Assembly: GCA_965248695.1 (NCBI GenBank)
Contig: CBDFKD010000002.1
Span: 160,001 to 224,000 of the forward strand
From: Acidobacteriota bacterium
GTDB taxonomy: Bacteria > Acidobacteriota > UBA890 > WLXD01
Direction: 5' to 3'
Length of the DNA stretch: 64,000 nt
Part shown: piece by piece, positions 21,389 through 31,178 of the stretch
Position numbering within the stretch: the stretch's first letter is position 1
Layout of the letters: each line of letters begins with the position of its first letter
Position numbers and translations under genes: made by a program
Notes under the pieces: model-generated
Seen by the model: only the letters and a program-made list of their open reading frames with translations
Database searches by the model: none
Told to the model about the DNA's origin: nothing

Positions 21389-21738
21389 CCCGCCCTCGTG
21401 CCATCAGGAACCGCTTGTTCTGGAACGGCCAGACAGGGCGTAATGCCGTCCGCGTAGCCGAGATCGAACAGCATGCCGTCGGAAACCTGCCCCATCATGT
21501 TTCGCGGCTCCAGGTTGACGACGAAAAGCGCTTGCCTGCCGACGATCTGCTGCGGGTCTTCGCGCTCGCCCTTGATCCCGGCGAGTATCGTGCGCACGGC
21601 ATCACCGAGATCGACCGTCAGCTTCATCAGCGTGTCGGCGCCTGGAATCTCCTCGACACTGAGGATAGTGCCGGCGCGCACGTCGACCTTTTCGAAATCA
21701 GCGATAGAAATCCTCGACTTGATCGCGGCGGGTGTCAT
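21385..21738 (-). CDS. tRNA-binding OB-fold protein (CsaA/Trbp111 family)
   Basis: DFEKVDVRAG, VDLG...RTILAG, VVNLEPRNMMG..S.GM; ATG 21738 overlaps the cupin stop. Confidence 0.8.
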   Translation of the reverse strand: MTPAAIKSRISIADFEKVDVRAGTILSVEEIPGADTLMKLTVDLGDAVRTILAGIKGEREDPQQIVGRQALFVVNLEPRNMMGQVSDGMLFDLGYADGITPCLAVPEQAVPDGTRAG

Positions 21739-22103
21739 GGGTTCTCGTCCCGGTGCACTCTTTGCGGCGAGAATGCCGGCACGCAGATGGCTACATAGTT
21801 CGCCCCGGCGGCACCGGGTGTGCTGTAACGAACCCACTCGCCCTTGCGGGCGTGGACCGCCTGACCAGCCGTCACGTCGAAGCTGCCGTCGCGATGCTCG
21901 ATGCGCAAGGTCCCGGCGAGCACGAGCGTGTACTCGTCGAATTCAGGTGTCTGGCCGGGCTCCTGCCAGCCACTGGGGCTGTGCATCTGGGCGATGCTGA
22001 CGTCACCGGAGTCCGTGTTCATGCGGCCCACGTACTCCTCGATGACCTTCGGCATGTTCCCCGCCGCCGGCGGACGACTGGGCGCCGTTATGTGTGTCGG
22101 CAT
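21735..22103 (-). CDS. Cupin domain protein
   Basis: KVIEEYVGR, GWQEPGQTPEFDEY, GEWVRYSTP, CVPAFSP. Confidence 0.8.
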   Translation of the reverse strand: MPTHITAPSRPPAAGNMPKVIEEYVGRMNTDSGDVSIAQMHSPSGWQEPGQTPEFDEYTLVLAGTLRIEHRDGSFDVTAGQAVHARKGEWVRYSTPGAAGANYVAICVPAFSPQRVHRDENP

Positions 22104-22298
22104 CGGCTCTCCGTGAAGTTGCTTGGCGTGTCCCTCTCCAGCACTCTATCTAACACGGTTCTGCGCCGTTCCGCCGGCCGTTGAGCCCGACCCCGACCGA
22201 TGGCAAGCTTAGAGGTCTCGCGCGGGTTTCCGACCGTGTCACCACATCGGCGACGGCCCTGCCTTCCGCCATACCCGCGCTATGTCTAGAGGTGCCCA

Positions 22299-24350
22299 AT
22301 GAAGCGATCGACCCTGTCAGGCTTGCTGCTGCTGCCATTGCTGGCCGTCACCCTCCCCGCCGGGGCGCCCGCCCAGGAAGCACCGGAAGCCGCCGAGATC
22401 TCCGTCGAGCCGTCGTCGCTGACGCTCGAGGTGGGGCAAAAGCAGCAGCTCTCGGCAACCGTGCGGGACACCGCGGGTGAGGTCATCGAATCCCCCGTCA
22501 TCTACTTTTCCAGGGCCCGCCGGAACGTCGGTGTCAGCGGCACCGGAGAGCTCGAGGCCTACCGTCCAGGGACCTTCGAGATCATCGCCCTCGTGCCGAG
22601 GCCCGGCGTGGCGTTCAGTCGTCGCAGTCTCGCGGACAGCGTGAGCACCACGGTGCGCGTGACCATTCCGGAGCCACCGCTGGCAACGGCGGAGTTCGTC
22701 AGGGTACCAGCGGCGTTCTACGCCGAGACCCGAGTACGCCTGGACACCCGGATTACGGACGCCTCGGGCGCCGAGCGTTCCGATGTCGCGCTACGCTTCG
22801 CCAGCAGCGATGCGAACGTCGCCGAGATCAACGCACTCGGCACCGCGACGCTCAAGACGCCCGGCGATGTCACGTTCACGGTTGTCGCCGACGACGTCAG
22901 CCGCGAGCTGCCGGTACGCGTGGCGGCCAACAACACGGCGTCGCTGCAACTCGAAGCGAGCACCTTGAGCGCCCGCACCGGCGACGTGATCCACTTCACC
23001 GCCTCGCCGCGAGACAGCGCCGGCAACGAAATTGCCGATCTGCCGGTGCAGTACGCCTTCCAATCGCGCAGCGCCGAGTACGGCCTCGGTGACCCCGGCT
23101 CCGGCCTGGTCACACCGGATGGTCGATTCGTGGCCGACCTGCCGGGCGAGTACACCATCGTGGCGGCCAGCGGCAAGCACACGAATTCGGTCACGGTGGC
23201 GATCAGGCCACGCGCGATCCAACGTGAGATCGAGGTTCTCGGGCAGGGCCGCGTCAGCGACCGCTCTACCTCGGATCTCTGGGTGTGGGAGGGACCGGAC
23301 GGACGCGACTACGCCGTCACCGGTACCCACAGCGCCGATGGGCACGCTTATTTCTGGGACGTCACCGAGCCGTCCAACATGCAGCTCATCGACACGATCA
23401 AGGTCGATGCGCGCACCGTCAACGACGTCAAGGTGTCGGAAGACGGCCGCATCGCCGTGATCAGTCGCGAGGGCGCCTCGAACCGGCGCAACGGGCTGCT
23501 CATCCTGGATGTCTCCGATCTCTACAACCAGGGTGCACAGGTACTGGCGCGCTACGACGATCAGCTTACCGGCGGCGTACACAACGTATTCATGTACGAA
23601 GACCACGTGTATGCGCTGAGCGCCGGCCAGCGTTACGACATCATCAACATCGAGGACCCGCAAAACCCCCATCGAGTGAGCTCGTTCGAGATGGACACGC
23701 CCGGCCACTCGATCCACGACGTCTGGGTGACCGACGGGATCGCCTACTCGTCCAACTGGACCGACGGTGTGGTCGCCGTCGACGTGGGTGGCGGCGGCAA
23801 GGGCGGCTCTCCGCGCAACCCGGTACTCCTCGGAAATACGCCCTACCCCAACGGCTGGAACCACGCGGCGTTCCCGTTCCGTTCCGCATCCACGGGTCGG
23901 TTCTACATGATTGGCGGCGACGAGGCGGGTCTACGTGGCGGCACTCCGGGCTATGCGGGCGAGCCGCAGCGGATGCAGGGATGGGTTCACATCTACGAAT
24001 GGGACGACTGGGACGAGCCCAAAGAAGTAGCCCGATACGAAGTGCCGGAAGCCGGCACCCACAACCTCTGGGTGGATGAGGAGAACGAGATCCTCTACGT
24101 CGCCTACTATCAGGGTGGGCTACGGGTGGTCGATATCTCGGGCGAGCTTCTTGGTGATCTTTATCGCCAGGGCCGGGAGATCGCCTACTTCTTGCCGTTC
24201 GATCCGGAGGGGTATGTGCCCAACGCGCCGTTCACATGGGGCCCGCAACCGCACAAGGGCAACATCTTCTTCTCCGACTACAACTCCGGCCTGTGGGCGG
24301 TGCGATTAAAGCCGCTCGAGGACGAGGATGCGACTATCGGTGGCAGCTGA
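22299..24350 (+). CDS. Secreted Ig-like-domain plus LVIVD-repeat protein
   Basis: Signal peptide; Big_2-like segments (FASSDANVAEINALG); SDLWVWEG.DGRDYA, GGVHN, IHDVWV, GTHNLW. Confidence 0.75.
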   Translation: MKRSTLSGLLLLPLLAVTLPAGAPAQEAPEAAEISVEPSSLTLEVGQKQQLSATVRDTAGEVIESPVIYFSRARRNVGVSGTGELEAYRPGTFEIIALVPRPGVAFSRRSLADSVSTTVRVTIPEPPLATAEFVRVPAAFYAETRVRLDTRITDASGAERSDVALRFASSDANVAEINALGTATLKTPGDVTFTVVADDVSRELPVRVAANNTASLQLEASTLSARTGDVIHFTASPRDSAGNEIADLPVQYAFQSRSAEYGLGDPGSGLVTPDGRFVADLPGEYTIVAASGKHTNSVTVAIRPRAIQREIEVLGQGRVSDRSTSDLWVWEGPDGRDYAVTGTHSADGHAYFWDVTEPSNMQLIDTIKVDARTVNDVKVSEDGRIAVISREGASNRRNGLLILDVSDLYNQGAQVLARYDDQLTGGVHNVFMYEDHVYALSAGQRYDIINIEDPQNPHRVSSFEMDTPGHSIHDVWVTDGIAYSSNWTDGVVAVDVGGGGKGGSPRNPVLLGNTPYPNGWNHAAFPFRSASTGRFYMIGGDEAGLRGGTPGYAGEPQRMQGWVHIYEWDDWDEPKEVARYEVPEAGTHNLWVDEENEILYVAYYQGGLRVVDISGELLGDLYRQGREIAYFLPFDPEGYVPNAPFTWGPQPHKGNIFFSDYNSGLWAVRLKPLEDEDATIGGS

Positions 24351-25596
24351 GCGACACAGATTGCGGTTGGCGCGCTCGCGGCGGGCTCGGCGGATCGCGC
24401 CGCGGCGACCGATTCCCGGATTTCCGCTTGTCGGATTCGGCATTCTGATCTTGGTGCTGGTGGCACTGCTCACGCTGGTGGCGCCGACGCCGGGAGCTGC
24501 TGCGCCCGACAACACGTACTTCCTGTACGTCGCGGCCGAGTCCGACGACATCGTGGAGAAGATCGCCTTCGGTCCGGACGGCTTCCGACTCGTTCGCAGC
24601 ATTCCGGTCGGCATCTGGCCGACCGAGACGGAAGGCCCCCACGGCATGTCCATCTCGCCGGACGGCCGCTACTGGTACGTCACCATCGCACACGGCAACC
24701 CGTTCGGGATGCTGTTCAAGTACGACACCGAGACTGATGAGTACATCGGCGACGTGACCCTGGGATTGTTCCCGGCGTCGATGGTGATCTCGCCGAGCAC
24801 CGGACTGCTGTTCGCGGTGAACTTCAACCTTCACGGCGACCACGTGCCCAGCACGGTCTCGGTGGTGGAGACCGAGTCGATGACCGAGGTGGCGCAGATC
24901 CCGACCGGGGTCATGCCGCATGGGTCGCGCATGAACGCCCGCGGCAGTCGTCAGTACAGCGTCGCCATGATGAACGACGAGCTGCACGAGATCGACGCGT
25001 ACCAGCTGCGCAATCGGCGCATCCTGCCGCTTTCTGAGAACGCGCCCTCCTGGGAGCGCTATCGCCAGACGGGCAACGGACTCGCGGAGGACGGCGACGC
25101 AGACTCCACGAACGGTATGGGCGACATGCGCCACGACGGCGACGTGGCGATGAAGCCGCCGCTGATCAAGCCCACCTGGGTGTCGCAAGTCACGCCTCAA
25201 GGGAAGGTGTATATAGCTGGCAACGGATCCGCCCGTCTGCTCGAAGTAGACGTCGAGGACTGGAAGGTCGAGCGCACCTTCACGACGGCAGCCGGACCCT
25301 ACAACCTGGATGTGACTGCGGACGGCAAGCTGCTCGTGGTCACCTACAAGAGCAGTAGGTCGATCGGCATCTGGAACCTCGAGCTAGGCGAAGAGGTAGC
25401 CAGAATCGATACGCTGCGGCCGATCCCGCATGGGGTGGTCTGTTCCCCTGACGGCCGCTACGCCTTCGTGACCATCGAGGGTATCGGCGGCGAGCCGGGG
25501 TCGGTGGAAGCCTATGACCTGCAGACGCTGGAGCGCGTCGGCAACATCGACATCGCCAAGCAGGCCGGCGGAATCGCCATCTGGAAGGTCGAGTGA
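24328..25596 (+). CDS. YncE/YVTN beta-propeller protein
   Basis: Repeated PHG..SPDG/TADG blades; start uncertain. Confidence 0.75.
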   Translation: MRLSVAAERHRLRLARSRRARRIAPRRPIPGFPLVGFGILILVLVALLTLVAPTPGAAAPDNTYFLYVAAESDDIVEKIAFGPDGFRLVRSIPVGIWPTETEGPHGMSISPDGRYWYVTIAHGNPFGMLFKYDTETDEYIGDVTLGLFPASMVISPSTGLLFAVNFNLHGDHVPSTVSVVETESMTEVAQIPTGVMPHGSRMNARGSRQYSVAMMNDELHEIDAYQLRNRRILPLSENAPSWERYRQTGNGLAEDGDADSTNGMGDMRHDGDVAMKPPLIKPTWVSQVTPQGKVYIAGNGSARLLEVDVEDWKVERTFTTAAGPYNLDVTADGKLLVVTYKSSRSIGIWNLELGEEVARIDTLRPIPHGVVCSPDGRYAFVTIEGIGGEPGSVEAYDLQTLERVGNIDIAKQAGGIAIWKVE

Positions 25597-26048
25597 CGCA
25601 CGAGTTCGACGCCGTCATCAAGGAGGGCCGTGGCGGCGGCGCACTGGTGGAGATCCCCTTCTCGGTGCACGAGGAGTACGGAACACACGGCCAGGTGCGG
25701 GTGACCGCCACCTTTGACGGCGAGCCGTATCGCGGCTCGATCGCACCCATGGGAGGTCGCCATATGCTGGGCATCGCCAAGGCAATTCGCGCCACTATCG
25801 GCAAGAGCGTCGGCGACACCGTGCACGTGGTCGTGCAGCAGGACACGGCACCGCGCGAGGTCGAGGTACCTGCCGAGCTTCGAGACGCTCTGGCGGAAGA
25901 TGCCACCGCGGCAGCCACCTTCGACGGACTGGCATATACGTATCGCAAGGAATACGCCGGCTGGATCGCTGGCGCCAAGCGCGAGGAAACGCGCCGGCGG
26001 CGACTCGGGAAGGCGCTCGAGAAGCTTCGCCGCGGAGAGAAGCTGTGA
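25593..26048 (+). CDS. DUF1905 plus YdeI/OmpD-associated domain protein
   Basis: VTATFDGEPYRGS, IRATIGK..GD, KEY..WI..AKREETRRRR. Confidence 0.82.
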   Translation: MTHEFDAVIKEGRGGGALVEIPFSVHEEYGTHGQVRVTATFDGEPYRGSIAPMGGRHMLGIAKAIRATIGKSVGDTVHVVVQQDTAPREVEVPAELRDALAEDATAAATFDGLAYTYRKEYAGWIAGAKREETRRRRLGKALEKLRRGEKL

Positions 26049-27067
26049 CTGGAGCATCCGAGCCTGGCCACCGGTCCGGTAGCACCGTCGAGATCTCCGT
26101 AGTAGTGCCGATGTTCAACGAGGCTGACAACGTGGCGCCGCTCTACGAGCAGCTGACCGGCGCACTGGAGCCCCTCGGTCGTCCCTACGAGGTGGTAGTC
26201 GTGGACGACGGCAGCAGCGACGGGACCTTCGAAAAGCTGCGCGAGGTCCATCGGCGAGACGGCCGCTGGCGCATCATCCGCCTGCGACGGAACTTCGGAC
26301 AGACGGCGGGGTTCTCGGCTGGCTTCGAGGCTGCTCGCGGTGACGTCGTGGTGACGATGGACGGCGACCTGCAGAACGACCCCGCCGACATCCCGCTGCT
26401 AGTGGCCAAGATGGACGAGGGCTTCGACATCGTCAGCGGCTGGCGCGTGAAGCGCCGCGAGCCGTTTCTCACCCGCCGCCTGCCCTCGATGATCGCCAAC
26501 CGCATCATCTCCCGTACAACAAGCGTATCGCTACACGACTACGGCTGCTCGCTGAAAGCCTACCGGCACGAGATCCTGCGCAACGTCAAGCTGTACGGGG
26601 AGCTGCATCGCTTCATTCCCGCGATCGCCAGCTGGCAGGGCACACGCATCGCGGAGATCCCCGTGAACGACCGTGCGCGAGTTGCCGGGACGACGAAGTA
26701 CGGGCTGTTGCGCGTCTTCAAGGTGGTCCTCGATATCCTGCTGGTGCGATTCCTGCTGGGCTACGCGACCCGCCCGTTCCTGTTCTTCGGAGCCCTCGGG
26801 GGCAGCCTGGCGCTGGCCGGCACCGGGCTGTTGGGATACCTCGCCTACGTGCGCTTCGTGATCTTCGAGCCGATCGCCAACCGTCCATTGCTTACCGTCG
26901 CCTTCGGGTTGGTCCTCATCGGCATCCAGATCATCAGCACCGGCCTGCTGGCGGAGATGGCCATGCGGACGTACTACGAAGCTGCCGGCCAGACGCCGTA
27001 CCGGATCGCAGAGAAGCTCGAGTCCGGCGGTGTACATGCGGATGCAGCCCGTACCGCTACTACTTGA
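26045..27067 (+). CDS. Family 2 glycosyltransferase (ArnC/GtrB-like polyprenol-phosphate type)
   Basis: VVVPMFNE, VDDGSSD, RNFGQ, MDGDLQNDP, HRFIP; two C-terminal TM segments. Confidence 0.9.
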   Translation: MTGASEPGHRSGSTVEISVVVPMFNEADNVAPLYEQLTGALEPLGRPYEVVVVDDGSSDGTFEKLREVHRRDGRWRIIRLRRNFGQTAGFSAGFEAARGDVVVTMDGDLQNDPADIPLLVAKMDEGFDIVSGWRVKRREPFLTRRLPSMIANRIISRTTSVSLHDYGCSLKAYRHEILRNVKLYGELHRFIPAIASWQGTRIAEIPVNDRARVAGTTKYGLLRVFKVVLDILLVRFLLGYATRPFLFFGALGGSLALAGTGLLGYLAYVRFVIFEPIANRPLLTVAFGLVLIGIQIISTGLLAEMAMRTYYEAAGQTPYRIAEKLESGGVHADAARTATT

Positions 27068-27971
27068 ACGTCCGTTCGCCGGCTTCGATGCGCAGCGGTA
27101 GGCGGTTCTGCTGCGGCGGCATCGGGCAGGTGGCGAACGCCGTGAACGCGCACGGCGGATTATAGGCCCGGTTGAAATCGACCACCACGCGACCCTGCTC
27201 GTCGGGTGCATCGATCCACAGGAAGCGGCCGGCACCGTACGTGGAGTCGTTGTTGGTCTGATCACCGAAGGCGGTGAAGAAGTTCACCGTATCGTCCGAG
27301 TCCCTCCACAGGTCCAGGCGGTACGTCTCGCCGCCGAGATCGAACACCGCCGCGCCTGGCGACTCGACGTCCGCGACGGTACCGAGCACGTTCGGCACCT
27401 TGATGGTCTTTGCTGGCTCGTAGGCCTCGAACCGGCCGGCGCGATGCCAGTCGGGCGCGACGGTGAAGTTGTCGATCGACTCGAACTCCTTGAGCACCGG
27501 GCTCGCGGAGTCCTTGAGTCGGACCACGAACACGTCCTGCCGGAGCATCACGTTCCAGCGCAACGTGTCCCATGCGATCACCGGGCCAGATTCGTCGGCC
27601 CGGTCTCGCGCCAGAACATCCAGCGCGGGCTGGTCGTCGATCGTCGGCGCCACGCCGTCGGCGGCAACGAAGGTCACCGAATCGCCGTCGACGTGGAACA
27701 CACCCAGGCGCGGCGGCACGCCGGCACGATCGTAGATGAGCTGATTGTCGGCGGCCGAGCCGAGCCGATTGTCCCCCGGCTCGAGCCAGTACAGACCTAC
27801 CAGCGATAGCCACCCATCGGGTCGGACGAGCTGATCGTGGCGCCAGCTCCTCCAGGACTCCACCGTTTGACGATGCGCCTCGGCGTCGTACGGCAAATCG
27901 ACGCTCTCGCCCACACTGCAGGCCATCATCGACACACCAGCGAGCAGCGTGATGGACCGCGCGGCGATCAT
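27060..27971 (-). CDS. DUF1684 domain protein
   Basis: GWLSLVGLYWL, TYGAGRFL, DFNRAYNPPCAFTAFATCP, IEAGE; ATG 27971 overlaps the aldolase stop. Confidence 0.85.
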   Translation of the reverse strand: MIAARSITLLAGVSMMACSVGESVDLPYDAEAHRQTVESWRSWRHDQLVRPDGWLSLVGLYWLEPGDNRLGSAADNQLIYDRAGVPPRLGVFHVDGDSVTFVAADGVAPTIDDQPALDVLARDRADESGPVIAWDTLRWNVMLRQDVFVVRLKDSASPVLKEFESIDNFTVAPDWHRAGRFEAYEPAKTIKVPNVLGTVADVESPGAAVFDLGGETYRLDLWRDSDDTVNFFTAFGDQTNNDSTYGAGRFLWIDAPDEQGRVVVDFNRAYNPPCAFTAFATCPMPPQQNRLPLRIEAGERTFK

Positions 27972-28651
27972 CGCACCATCGCCGGCGCGGTTTCCACGCC
28001 CCAGTCGCGTTGCGGGCGCGTGGCCTGACGCATGGCAGCGAGGCAGTGCCCGGCGCGCTCTTCGATCTTGTCGAAGCGCCCAGCGCGCAGATCTTCGGCA
28101 TCGAAGAGGCTTGCAACCCATCCGACCGCGAACACTCCGGCGGCGAACCAATCGCCGACGTTGTCGGGCGTCACGCCGCTCGTCGGCACCAGGCGCAGGT
28201 GCGGCAGCGGTCCGAGCAGCATGCGGGCGTACTCCGGGCCATTGGCCGGCGCCGGGAAGAGCTTCTGGAGCTGCGCACCGGCCTTCTGCGCCAGAACCAT
28301 CTCGGTTGCCGTGTAGGCGCCCGGCATGGCCACCGCGCCGAGCTCGACGGCGGTGCGAATGACCGCCTCGTCAGTTGCTGGCGAGACCACGAACGACGCA
28401 CCCACCTCGATCGCGCGCCGCGCCTGCTCGGGCTCGAGCACCGTGCCCACCCCGACGAGCAGATCATCGCGACGGGCGAAATCCCCGATGAGCTCGTACG
28501 CACCCGGACAGCTCAGCGTGAACTCGATGATGCGGAAGCCAGCGCGCACCACAGCCTCCATAGCACGCGCGGCGGTCTCCTGATCGTCGGTTCGTAGAAT
28601 AGCCGTCCCGCGTTCCTCAAAGGCTCGACGCAAGAAGTCGTGTTCGTTCAT
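27968..28651 (-). CDS. eda: KDPG/KHG aldolase
   Basis: AILR, IEFTL, GVGTVL, FVVSP, KLFPA (Schiff-base Lys), PTSGV. Confidence 0.85.
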   Translation of the reverse strand: MNEHDFLRRAFEERGTAILRTDDQETAARAMEAVVRAGFRIIEFTLSCPGAYELIGDFARRDDLLVGVGTVLEPEQARRAIEVGASFVVSPATDEAVIRTAVELGAVAMPGAYTATEMVLAQKAGAQLQKLFPAPANGPEYARMLLGPLPHLRLVPTSGVTPDNVGDWFAAGVFAVGWVASLFDAEDLRAGRFDKIEERAGHCLAAMRQATRPQRDWGVETAPAMVR

Positions 28652-28871
28652 CGCGGTCTCGCGGAGGGTTGGTTGGAGTGGTCACGGTAGTCCGCGCTGA
28701 CGCGGGCTACAAGAAGGGGCACTACGACGGGGACGATCCAGCGGCGGCGCCCAAGGTCCCGTAGACGTTGCCGTGGGGACCCTCTTGCTTTTTACTAACG
28801 AGAGTCGGGCAGCATGGCGGCGACGGATCGTCGCCGTCGACGGTTGCACCCCATCTCTCGAGGGCAACACC

Positions 28872-29636
28872 ATGAGCACCCAACAGGCAACGACCACGAT
28901 CCTCCGCCGGGCTTCCGCGGTTGCCCTGATGGTGATGACAACAACCGGCGGCGCCAGCACGCAGATGCCACCGGCGGCGGACATCCTGCAGCACAGCATC
29001 GACTACCACGACCCCGAGGGTCTGTGGTCCTGGAACTCCTTCCGCATACAGCTCGCCGGCACTCGTCCGATCGCCGGACCGACACTCACCGAGATCGTTG
29101 TCGACAACGCGGCGGGCCGCTTCACGATGCAGCGCGACCGCTACGGCCAGTTGATCGAGACCGCGGTCACCGGCGACGAGTGCTGGACAAAGCTAGACGG
29201 CTCGATCGACTTCACTCCTGAGCAGGCGGAGCGCTTCAGCCTGGGATGCGACCAGATGCGCCGCCAGCGCGATTACTACACCTATCTGTACGGGCTGCCG
29301 ATGAAGCTGCGCGACCGCGGCACGCTGCTCCATCCGGAGGCTATCCGCACCGAATTCCAGGGACAGGCCGTCTGGCAGGTGCGCATCACCTACGATCCCG
29401 CGGTGGGCAGCGATACCTGGTACTTCTACATCGATCCCTGGTCGTTCGCCCTCGTCGGCTATCGCTTCTATCACGACGAAGCGGCCAACGACGGCGAGTA
29501 CATCATCCTGGACCGGATCACGGAGGGCGGTGGCGTGCGCCTTCCCAAGGTGCGCTCCTGGTACAGGAACGACAACGACGAGCTCCTTGGCACCGATACC
29601 GTGAGATCGGTCGAGCGACTGAGCCGCGACCAGTGA
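28872..29636 (+). CDS. Secreted protein, DUF6503-like
   Basis: Signal peptide; SIDYHDP...W, YYTYLYGLPMKL.D.G, VGSDTWYFY, NDGEYI. Confidence 0.7.
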   Translation: MSTQQATTTILRRASAVALMVMTTTGGASTQMPPAADILQHSIDYHDPEGLWSWNSFRIQLAGTRPIAGPTLTEIVVDNAAGRFTMQRDRYGQLIETAVTGDECWTKLDGSIDFTPEQAERFSLGCDQMRRQRDYYTYLYGLPMKLRDRGTLLHPEAIRTEFQGQAVWQVRITYDPAVGSDTWYFYIDPWSFALVGYRFYHDEAANDGEYIILDRITEGGGVRLPKVRSWYRNDNDELLGTDTVRSVERLSRDQ

Positions 29637-29670
29637 TCTTCGTCGTCCCGGCCGCCATCGCGGCGCCTCA

Positions 29671-30876
29671 ATGAGCTCCGACCTGAAGCGCTGCGTCGAC
29701 TTCACGCAGCGGCTGATCCGTACGCCGAGCCTGCCAGGCGAGGAGGGCGCCATCGCCGAGCTCGTGGCCACCGAGATGCGCCAGCTCGGCTACGCCGACG
29801 TGGCGCAGGACGAGGTGGGGAATGTCGTTGGGCGGGTGCCAGGATCGAGCCCGACGCCGGCGGTGATGTTCAACACCCATCTGGATCACGTGGATGTCGG
29901 CGACGCGACGCGCTGGCCGCACCCGCCGTTCGCCGGCGAGATCCACGATGGCCGTATCTGGGGCCGTGGCGCCGTGGATATCAAGGGCCCGCTGGCGGCG
30001 CAGGTCTACGGCGTGGGCCGCCTGCTCGAATCGGCGAAACCGCCAGCAGGAGACGTGTGGGTGACCGCCGTGGTACAGGAAGAGGTCGGCGGCGCCGGCG
30101 CCCGGCATCTGAACACATATCTGGTGCCGGAGATCGCGGTCATCGGCGAGCCGAGCGGCAACACGCTTCGTCGAGGCCACCGGGGCCGCTGCGAGCTCGT
30201 CGTCCACATCACCGGACGCTCAGCCCACGCCAGCGTGCCGCATCAGGCCAACAACCCGCTCGAGGTACTTGCCCGGTTCTTGGTGGGGCTCGAATCGCTG
30301 AAAATGGATGTGCAGACCGACCTGGGTCAAAGCACGGTGGCACCAACGCTGATTCGCACGGATCAGATCAGCGCCAACGTGATTCCCGCCGAGGTGTGGC
30401 TCACGTGCGACTGGCGGCTGGTACCTGGCGAAACAGCCGAATCGGCGCGCGCAAAGCTCCAGCAGCTCGCCGCCGAGTGCTTGACCGAGGGCACCGCCGC
30501 GGAGGTCACGATCCCACGAGACCGACGCCTGGCGCACACGGGCGTCGAGGTGATTCTGGAAGGTGAGCACCCAGCCTACATTCTCGACGATGGCCATCCT
30601 GCAGTGCGCGCCGCATGCGAGGCGCTGGGGCCGGTGATCGGCAACGTTAGCGCGGTCGGGACCTGGCGCTTCGCCACCGACGGCGGCCACTTCTCGCAGG
30701 CCGGCGTCGCCTGCGTCGGGTTCGGTCCGGGGGATGAGTTGCTGGCCCACACGCTGAACGAGCATATCGAGATCGATGCACTCGGCGTCGCCCTCGACGG
30801 TAACGCGGCGCTGGCGTGGGGCCTGGCGCGCCAGACGGTGCAGCCGCGGCCGGACACCTCCGCAGAATCCGCCTGA
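29671..30876 (+). CDS. M20/M25/M40 metallo-hydrolase (ArgE/DapE/YgeY-like)
   Basis: HLDHV, WGRGAVDIKG, QEE, GEPS, HAS, TDGG, GFGPG..AH. Confidence 0.88.
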   Translation: MSSDLKRCVDFTQRLIRTPSLPGEEGAIAELVATEMRQLGYADVAQDEVGNVVGRVPGSSPTPAVMFNTHLDHVDVGDATRWPHPPFAGEIHDGRIWGRGAVDIKGPLAAQVYGVGRLLESAKPPAGDVWVTAVVQEEVGGAGARHLNTYLVPEIAVIGEPSGNTLRRGHRGRCELVVHITGRSAHASVPHQANNPLEVLARFLVGLESLKMDVQTDLGQSTVAPTLIRTDQISANVIPAEVWLTCDWRLVPGETAESARAKLQQLAAECLTEGTAAEVTIPRDRRLAHTGVEVILEGEHPAYILDDGHPAVRAACEALGPVIGNVSAVGTWRFATDGGHFSQAGVACVGFGPGDELLAHTLNEHIEIDALGVALDGNAALAWGLARQTVQPRPDTSAESA

Positions 30877-31106
30877 TGAATCCACTGCCGACCTTTCTGT
30901 TGCGCTACTTCTCCGGGCTTCGCTACCCGTGGCTGTTCGCCCTCACCGCCGGGCTGTTCGTGCTGGACCTGCTCGTGCCCGACATCTTGCCGTTCGCCGA
31001 CGAGCTCCTGCTGGGGCTGACAACGCTGCTGCTGGCGACGCGCGGCAAGGAACGGGGTCCAGAGCCACCGTCCGCGGGCGACTCACCGCCGTCGCTGCCA
31101 GAGTAG
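30876..31106 (+). CDS. Small membrane protein, DUF6116-like
   Basis: LRYPWLF...LFVLDLLVPDILPFADELLL; ATG overlaps the upstream TGA. Confidence 0.7.
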   Translation: MNPLPTFLLRYFSGLRYPWLFALTAGLFVLDLLVPDILPFADELLLGLTTLLLATRGKERGPEPPSAGDSPPSLPE

Positions 31107-31178
31107 CGGCGCTATCGCAGCCAGCCTGCACGAAACCACCATCCGCACACGCCCGACCAACCGGTACACCGCGCTCCT